Assembly: GCA_964035545.1 (NCBI GenBank)
Contig: OZ037766.1
Location: forward strand, 33,381,723-33,445,722
Source of the DNA: Bugula neritina
Taxonomy: Eukaryota; Animalia; Bryozoa
DNA: 64,000 nucleotides
Reading direction: 5' to 3'
Shown here: piece after piece, positions 55,542-64,000 of the stretch
Layout: each line of letters begins with the position of its first letter
How positions within the stretch are numbered: the stretch's first letter is position 1
Position numbers and translations under genes: made by a program
Notes under the pieces: generated by a model
The model's database searches: none
Told to the model about the DNA's origin: nothing
Seen by the model: the letters and a program-made list of their open reading frames with translations, nothing else

Positions 55542-57240
55542 ATGGTGGAGGGAAAGCAAACAGCTGACAGCAACTCTCTCTGGGAGGACTGGTGTGACTT
55601 CACTCAGGACAGTTCTATGCATGGAGTGAGATACGTGTATAACAGGGGGAGCTCTGTACCGAGGAGGTTGGACTGTGAACTGCTTCCTACATTCACTGTT
55701 CTAATTTATGTTATTCATATAATGCTATGTTATATAACGTTATATATAAGCATAATATTTATACAGTAGTTTAACTTTTCTGTTTGTCATTTACATAATA
55801 CAACCTATAACAACGTTGTTGATCAACTTAATTACTAAAAGTGTTTAGCTAGATATATATATGTACATAGCTTTGGTAACTTTTTAAAAGGGATTTCTTG
55901 AGATAAAACTTGCATTGTCACATCGTGAGTAATATCTCAGTCTAGGAGAATATTTTATGATAGGATTGTGTGGTTACTGCTGATGTTGGGGAGTCTATGT
56001 TACTTCAGTTATGCTGCATACCTCTTCATGGATGTCTACGTTAACAAGGGAGTCAAGACTAAAATATCTGTTGAGACTGCTGACCAGCTGGAGGTGAGTG
56101 ATGCTATGTGATAGAATGCTAATTACTACAGTATATATGATATGCACTAATATATTACATATGTAGTATAACATATACTAATAGAATATTAATATATGTT
56201 ATACTGTAGTTCCCCTCCATCACTGTGTGTAATAAAAACATGTGGAAGATAAGTAGTCTAGAAAAAGCTGCCATAGAGTCAGGATCTGATGGAGTATATG
56301 AAGTCATGGAATGGCTGTACAATGATGACATTGACCTTCCTCCTGATGTAGAGTAGTAAGTGCTTACTGTAATACTACACTACATATACAGTATATACTA
56401 ATGCTACACTACATATACAGTATATACTAATACTACACTACATATATAGTATATACTAGTACTATAGCTACATATATAGTATACACTAATATTATACTAC
56501 ATATAATTTGTGTATTTTTAGTTTTGACTGGAAAGCAGATAAATTTGATTTATTTAGAAACTTGACAGCAGAAGAAGTATCAAACTTCTTCAAAGATGCT
56601 GCTCACCCGTTGAGTGAGCTCGTCTCTAGTTGCAGGCTCCACGGGAAAGCAGTTGACTGTACCGACATCTTTCACACTGTCAAAACAGAAGCTGGTAAAA
56701 TTTCCATACACCTCATATACTGACACCTAATATATTGACACCTAATATATTGACACATATTATACTGACACCTCATATACCGACACCTCATATACCGACA
56801 CCTCATATACTGACACCTCATATACTGACACCTCATATACTGACACCTCATATACTGACACCTCATATACTGACACATAATATACTGACACATAATATAC
56901 TGACAGATAATATACTGACACATATTATACTGACACATAATATACTGATACCTCATATACTGACATCTCATATACTATCACCTCATATACTGACACTTAA
57001 GATACTGACACTTTAGCTACTGACACCTCATACACTGACACCTTATATACTGACACCTCATATACTGACACCTTAATTACTTGATTTTCTGTTTCTTATA
57101 TAGGATACTGTGCGCAGTTCAACTCTAATGGCACCCAAAATGCTTCTTCTGCTGGAAAGACGAGTGGATTAAGATTCTTTTCATATGTTAATGCAGAAGA
57201 ATATACAACTGGCCCGTTTTCTTTATCTGAAGGAATATCT
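55542..57240 (+). CDS. DEG/ENaC (ASIC-like) channel paralogue, exons 1-5; remainder lies beyond the window
   Basis: Exons 55542-55666 (SSMHGVRY), 55964-56093 (TM1), 56210-56355 (FPSITVCNKNMWKISSL), 56522-56694, 57104-57240 (EYTTGPFS.SEG.S). Intron positions and phases are identical to the minus-strand channel. Confidence 0.9.
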
Positions 57241-57254
57241 GTGAGTCTCTCCGT

Positions 57255-60200
57255 AATATCTCTATAGTATTACAGTATATATCTCTATAGTATTACAGTA
57301 TATATCTCTATAGTATTACAGTATATATCTCTATAGTACTACAGTATATATCTCTATAGTATTACAGTATATATCTCTATAGTACTACAGTATATATCTC
57401 TATAGTATTACAGTATATATCTCTATAGTATTACAGTATATATCTCTATAGTACTACAGTATATATCTCTATAGTATTACAGTATATATCTCTATAGTAC
57501 TACAGTATATATCTCTATAGTATTACAGTATATATCTCTATAGTATTACAGTACATATCTCTATAGTATTACAGTATATATCTCTATAGTATTACAGTAT
57601 ATATCTCTATAGTACTACAGTATATATCTCTATAGTACTACAGTATATATCTCTATAGTATTACAGTATATATCTCTATAGTACTACAGTATATATCTCT
57701 ATAGTACTACAGTATATATCTCTATAGTATTACAGTATATATCTCTATAGTACTACAGTATATATCTCTATAGTATTACAGTATATATCTCTATAGTATT
57801 ACAGTATATATCTCTATAGTACTACAGTATATATCTCTATAGTATTACAGTATATATCTCTATAGTACTACAGTATATATCTCTATAGTACTACAGTATA
57901 TATCTCTATAGTACTACAGTATATATCTCTATAGTATTACAGTATATATCTCTATAGTACTACAGTATATATCTCTATAGTACTACAGTATATATCTCTA
58001 TAGTACTACAGTATATATCTCTATAGTACTACAGTATATATCTCTATAGTACTACAGTATATATCTCTATAGTATTACAGTATATATCTCTATAGTACTA
58101 CAGTATATATCTCTATAGTATTACAGTATATATCTCTATAGTATTACAGTATATATCTCTATAGTATTACAGTATATATCTCTATAGTATTACAGTATAT
58201 ATCTCTATAGTATTACAGTATATATCTCTATAGTATTACAGTATATATCTCTATAGTACTACAGTATATATCTCTATAGTACTACAGTATATATCTCTAT
58301 AGTATTACAGTATATATCTCTATAGTATTACAGTATATATCTCTATAGTATTACAGTATATATCTCTATAGTATTACAGTATATATCTCTATAGTACTAC
58401 AGTATATATCTCTATAGTATTACAGTATATATCTCTATAGTATTACAGTATATATCTCTATAGTATTACAGTATATATCTCTATAGTACTACAGTATATA
58501 TCTCTATAGTATTACAGTATATATCTCTATAGTATTACAGTATATATCTCTATAGTATTACAGTATATATCTCTATAGTATTACAGTATATATCTCTATA
58601 GTATTACAGTATATATCTCTATAGTACTACAGTATATATCTCTATAGTATTACAGTATATATCTCTATAGTATTACAGTATATATCTCTATAGTATTACA
58701 GTATATATCTCTATAGTATTACAGTATATATCTCTATAGTATTACAGTATATATCTCTATAGTACTACAGTATATATCTCTATAGTATTACAGTATATAT
58801 CTCTATAGTATTACAGTATATATCTCTATAGTACTACAGTATATATCTCTATAGTAATTATCTAGTAGTATATATCTCTATAGTATTACAGTATATATCT
58901 CTATAGTATTACAGTATATATCTCTATAGTATTACAGTATATATCTCTATAGTACTACAGTATATATCTCTATAGTACTACAGTATATATCTCTATAGTA
59001 TTACAGTATATATCTCTATAGTATTACAGTATATATCTCTATAGTATTACAGTATATATCTCTATAGTATTACAGTATATATCTCTATAGTACTACAGTA
59101 TATATCTCTATAGTATTACAGTATATATCTCTATAGTATTACAGTATATATCTCTATAGTATTACAGTATATATCTCTATAGTATTACAGTATATATCTC
59201 TATAGTATTACAGTATATATCTCTATAGTATTACAGTATATATCTCTATAGTATTACAGTATATATCTCTATAGTATTACAGTATATATCTCTATAGTAT
59301 TACAGTATATATCTCTATAGTACTACAGTATATATCTCTATAGTACTACAGTATATATCTCTATAGTACTACAGTATATATCTCTATAGTACTACAGTAT
59401 ATATCTCTATAGTATTACAGTATATATCTCTATAGTATTACAGTATATATCTCTATAGTACTACAGTATATATCTCTATAGTATTACAGTATATATCTCT
59501 ATAGTACTACAGTATATATCTCTATAGTATTACAGTATATATCTCTATAGTACTACAGTATATATCTCTATAGTACTACAGTATATATCTCTATAGTATT
59601 ACAGTATATATCTCTATAGTATTACAGTATATATCTCTATAGTACTACAGTATATATCTCTATAGTATTACAGTATATATCTCTATAGTACTACAGTATA
59701 TATCTCTATAGTATTACAGTATATATCTCTATAGTATTACAGTATATATCTCTATAGTACTACAGTATATCTCTCTATAGTATTACAGTATATATCTCTA
59801 TAGTATTACAGTATATATCTCTATAGTACTACAGTATATATCTCTATAGTACTACAGTATATATCTCTATAGTATTACAGTATATATCTCTATAGTATTA
59901 CAGTATATATCTCTATAGTATTACAGTATATATCTCTATAGTATTACAGTATATATCTCTATAGTATTACAGTATATATCTCTATAGTATTACAGTATAT
60001 ATCTCTATAGTATTACAGTATATATCTCTATAGTATTACAGTATATATCTCTATAGTACTACAGTATATATCTCTATAGTATTACAGTATATATCTCTAT
60101 AGTACTACAGTATATATCTCTATAGTATTACAGTATATATCTCTATAGTACTACAGTATATATCTCTATAGTATTACAGTATATATCTCTATAGTATTAC

Positions 60201-63200
60201 AGTATATATCTCTATAGTATTACAGTATATATCTCTATAGTATTACAGTATATATCTCTATAGTATTACAGTATATATCTCTATAGTATTACAGTATATA
60301 TCTCTATAAGTACTACAGTATATATCTCTATAGTATTACAGTATATATCTCTATAGTATTACAGTATATATCTCTATAGTATTACAGTATATATCTCTAT
60401 AGTACTACAGTATATATCTCTATAGTACTACAGTATATATCTCTATAGTATTACAGTATATATCTCTATAGTATTACAGTATATATCTCTATAGTATTAC
60501 AGTATATATCTCTATAGTACTACAGTATATATCTCTATAGTACTACAGTATATATCTCTATAGTATTACAGTATATATCTCTATAGTACTACAGTATATA
60601 TCTCTATAGTACTACAGTATATATCTCTATAGTATTACAGTATATATCTCTATAGTACTACAGTATATATCTCTATAGTACTACAGTATATATCTCTATA
60701 GTATTACAGTATATATCTCTATAGTATTACAGTATATATCTCTATAGTATTACAGTATATATCTCTATAGTATTACAGTATATATCTCTATAGTACTACA
60801 GTATATATCTCTATAGTATTACAGTATATATCTCTATAGTACTACAGTATATATCTCTATAGTATTACAGTATATATCTCTATAGTATTACAGTATATAT
60901 CTCTATAGTACTACAGTATATATCTCTATAGTATTACAGTATATATCTCTATAGTATTACAGTATATATCTCTATAGTATTACAGTATATATCTCTATAG
61001 TATTACAGTATATATCTCTATAGTACTACAGTATATATCTCTATAGTACTACAGTATATATCTCTATAGTATTACAGTATATATCTCTATAGTATTACAG
61101 TATATATCTCTATAGTATTACAGTATATATCTCTATAGTACTACAGTATATATCTCTATAATATTACAGTATATATCTCTATAGTACTACAGTATATATC
61201 TCTATAGTATTACAGTATATATCTCTATAGTATTACAGTATATATCTCTATAGTACTACAGTATATATCTCTATAGTATTACAGTATATATCTCTATAGT
61301 ATTACAGTATATATCTCTATAGTATTACAGTATATATCTCTATAGTATTACAGTATATATCTCTATAGTATTACAGTATATATCTCTATAGTATTACAGT
61401 ATATATCTCTATAGTACTACAGTATATATCTCTATAGTATTACAGTATATATCTCTATAGTATTACAGTATATATCTCTATAGTATTACAGTATATATCT
61501 CTATAGTATTACAGTATACATCTCTATAGTATTACAGTATATATCTCTATAGTACTACAGTATATATCTCTATAGTACTACAGTATATATCTCTATAGTA
61601 TTACAGTATATATCTCTATAGTATTACAGTATATATCTCTATAGTATTACAGTATATATCTCTATAGTACTACAGTATATATCTCTATAGTACTACAGTA
61701 TATATCTCTATAGTATTACAGTATATATCTCTATAGTACTACAGTATATATCTCTATAGTACTACAGTATATATCTCTATAGTATTACAGTATATATCTC
61801 TATAGTATTACAGTATATATCTCTATAGTATTACAGTATATATCTCTATAGTATTACAGTATATATCTCTATAGTACTACAGTATATATCTCTATAGTAC
61901 TACAGTATATATCTCTATAGTATTACAGTATATATCTCTATAGTATTACAGTATATATCTCTATAGTATTACAGTATATATCTCTATAGTATTACAGTAT
62001 ATATCTCTATAGTACTACAGTATATATCTCTATAGTACTACAGTATATATCTCTATAGTATTACAGTATATATCTCTATAGTATTACAGTATATATCTCT
62101 ATAGTATTACAGTATATATCTCTATAGTATTACAGTATATATCTCTATAGTATTACAGTATATATCTCTATAGTATTACAGTATATATCTCTATAGTATT
62201 ACAGTATATATCTCTATAGTACTACAGTATATATCTCTATAGTATTACAGTATATATCTCTATAGTACTACAGTATATATCTCTATAGTATTACAGTATA
62301 TATCTCTATAGTATTACAGTATATATCTCTATAGTACTACAGTATATATCTCTATAGTACTACAGTATATATCTCTATAGTATTACAGTATATATCTCTA
62401 TAGTATTACAGTATATATCTCTATAGTATTACAGTATATATCTCTATAGTATTACAGTATATATCTCTATAGTATTACAGTATATATCTCTATAGTATTA
62501 CAGTATATATCTCTATAGTATTACAGTATATATCTCTATAGTATTACAGTATATATCTCTATAGTACTACAGTATATATCTCTATAGTACTACAGTATAT
62601 ATCTCTATAGTATTACAGTATATATCTCTATAGTATTACAGTATATATCTCTATAGTATTACAGTATATATCTCTATAGTATTACAGTATATATCTCTAT
62701 AGTACTACAGTATATATCTCTATAGTATTACAGTATATATCTCTATAGTATTACAGTATATATCTCTATAGTATTACAGTATATATCTCTATAGTATTAC
62801 AGTATATATCTCTATAGTACTACAGTATATATCTCTATAGTACTACAGTATATATCTCTATAGTATTACAGTATATATCTCTATAGTATTACAGTATATA
62901 TCTCTATAGTACTACAGTATATATCTCTATAGTATTACAGTATATATCTCTATAGTATTACAGTATATATCTCTATAGTATTACAGTATATATCTCTATA
63001 GTATTACAGTATATATCTCTATAGTATTACAGTATATATCTCTATAGTATTACAGTATATATCTCTATAGTATTACAGTATATATCTCTATAGTATTACA
63101 GTATATATCTCTATAGTATTACAGTATATATCTCTATAGTATTACAGTATATATCTCTATAGTATTACAGTATATATCTCTATAGTATTACAGTATATAT

Positions 63201-64000
63201 CTCTATAGTATTACAGTATATATCTCTATAGTATTACAGTATATATCTCTATAGTATTACAGTATATATCTCTATAGTACTACAGTATATATCTCTATAG
63301 TACTACAGTATATATCTCTATAGTATTACAGTATATATCTCTATAGTATTACAGTATATATCTCTATAGTATTACAGTATATATCTCTATAGTATTACAG
63401 TATATATCTCTATAGTATTACAGTATATATCTCTATAGTACTACAGTATATATCTCTATAGTATTACAGTATATATCTCTATAGTATTACAGTATATATC
63501 TCTATAGTACTACAGTATATATCTCTATAGTATTACAGTATATATCTCTATAGTACTACAGTATATATCTCTATAGTATTACAGTATATATCTCTATAGT
63601 ATTACAGTATATATCTCTATAGTATTACAGTATATATCTCTATAGTATTACAGTATATATCTCTATAGTATTACAGTATATATCTCTATAGTACTACAGT
63701 ATATATCTCTATAGTATTACAGTATATATCTCTATAGTACTACAGTATATATCTCTATAGTATTACAGTATATATCTCTATAGTACTACAGTATATATCT
63801 CTATAGTATTACAGTATATATCTCTATAGTATTACAGTATATATCTCTATAGTATTACAGTATATATCTCTATAGTACTACAGTATATATCTCTATAGTA
63901 TTACAGTATATATCTCTATAGTATTACAGTATATATCTCTATAGTATTACAGTATATATCTCTATAGTACTACAGTATATATCTCTATAGTATTACAGTA
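57255..64000. repeat. 23-bp intronic satellite of more than 6.7 kb (about 290 copies, open at the window end)
   Basis: ATCTCTATAGTA(T/C)TACAGTATAT, beginning about 15 nt after the exon-5 donor at 57241. Confidence 0.97.

Overview
This is eukaryotic (invertebrate animal) genomic DNA, not prokaryotic. By hand-splicing GT-AG exons with consistent phases I can reconstruct eight genes: the 3' half of a rhodopsin-like GPCR (+), PLRG1/Prp46 (-), a CEP63/DEUP1 homologue (+, head-to-head with PLRG1), three tandem secreted PAN/apple-mucin(-CBM14 chitin-binding) paralogues (-), and a divergently oriented pair of DEG/ENaC (ASIC-like) channels, the second running off the window. The most striking feature is that most introns are filled by their own private minisatellite. 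Several repeat units are copies of that intron's own splice donor or acceptor plus flanking exon bases, so the real site sits beside arrays of near-identical decoys. Homologous introns of the two channel paralogues carry unrelated repeats. Several mobile elements are inserted into these arrays, and for three of them the neighbouring units reveal the empty site and TSD: a solo LTR (5-bp TSD), a TA-TSD DNA transposon (with a second, truncated copy elsewhere) and a CAC-ended CMC/EnSpm-like element (2-bp TSD). There are also two small MITEs and a 610-bp (AT)n-centred palindrome. Almost all long ORFs in the supplied track are repeat artefacts. All coordinates were read by eye and no database searches were run.
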